Shown here in pieces: positions 63,361 through 64,000 of a stretch of 64,000 bases of DNA. Below the pieces are notes generated by a model. The model was not told the origin of the DNA and made no database searches. It saw only the letters and a list, made by a program, of their open reading frames with translations. Made by a program: the position numbers and the translations under genes. The DNA is from Eledone cirrhosa. Its lineage: Eukaryota. How positions within the stretch are numbered: the stretch's first letter is position 1; the number at the start of each line of letters is the position of its first letter. Location: the NCBI GenBank assembly GCA_964016885.1, contig OZ024746.1, positions 63,984,001 to 64,048,000 on the forward strand. Direction: 5' to 3'.

Positions 63361-63682
63361 TTGTTGTGAAAGAGTCATTTCTCAATCTTGGCGCAAAACC
63401 AATTTTTTATCCACATGACCTCTACCGACCAATCAAAATTGTTTTGACCAATAATTTTTGCTGGAGCCACTTTTTTAACATTTTAACATAAAAACAGTCT
63501 TGGCGCTAAATCAACTTTTTACATTCACATGACCTCTACCGACCAATCAAAATTGTTTTGACCACAAGCATTTTTGCAACACAAAAATAACGCTGGAGCC
63601 ACTTTTTTAACATAAAAACAGGTAGAATTCCCAAAACTAATCAGATCAGAGCAAACAGCACGGACACTCTATCTCAAAATTA

Positions 63683-63719
63683 TTTTCGAAAAGCATTTAG
63701 AAATGCGAAACCGGTAAAA
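63683..63719 (+). ncRNA. Hammerhead, U3-A8 variant, in the PLE pseudo-LTR (mirror at 61563-61599, minus)
   Basis: Consensus of the two copies is TTT-TTGAAAA-GCATTT ag AAATGC-GAAA-CCGG-TA-AAA. Each copy carries one different core mutation. Confidence 0.6.
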
Positions 63720-63876
63720 ACTTAAAAACTTAAAACCACAACTGAATACTAACCCATACAATCACTAATACTCTTTTATTCCTAATTAAACCATTTTTCA
63801 ACTGTGAACAATTTGTCAGCATTTTCTATTCTGTTTACCAATATATAATAACTTGTGTGTTACACCTCTATTCTTT

Positions 63877-63924
<48 letters not shown>

Positions 63925-63928
<4 letters not shown>

Positions 63929-64000
63929 TGTATCCGAACAGCGATGTTGCATGGTAGTGAGACCTGGGCGCTGACGGTGGAAGACTTACGTAGATTAGAG
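63925..64000 (+). mobile_element. RTE fragment running off the window
   Basis: ACIRTAMLHGSETWALTVEDLRRLE. Confidence 0.8.

Larger units (their letters stand above)
61437..63847 (+). mobile_element. 5'-truncated Penelope-like element (Neptune-like) with an inverted ~580-bp pseudo-LTR
   Basis: 61437-62021 is the reverse complement of 63263-63847; GIY-YIG ORF between them; flanked by (TA)n. Confidence 0.88.

Overview
Eukaryotic, AT-rich, microsatellite-dense and transposon-saturated DNA. The SINE, RTE and Penelope repertoire suggests a cephalopod or other mollusc such as octopus (inference). No ordinary host gene is recognisable. Main contents: (1) a 17.3-kb tandem array of 24-33-bp units (19.5-36.8 kb) whose minus strand reads as an almost uninterrupted mucin-like (TTTTVTPPPL)n frame with one 1-bp break, next to a 1.9-kb 17-bp minisatellite; (2) many decayed RTE-clade LINEs, three with a PHD finger inside the RT domain, and partner tRNA-SINEs sharing their 3' tails; (3) a mariner with unusually long TIRs, MITEs, a non-autonomous Helitron and a Gypsy integrase relic; (4) a GIY-YIG Penelope-like element plus many small fold-back elements inserted in (TA)n. 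The best-supported unusual signal is about 13 type-I hammerhead ribozyme motifs from about 8 sequence families between 39 and 64 kb. They include compensatory stem-II changes between families and a U3-A8 core variant shared by two families. All calls were made by eye; no searches or folding programs were run.
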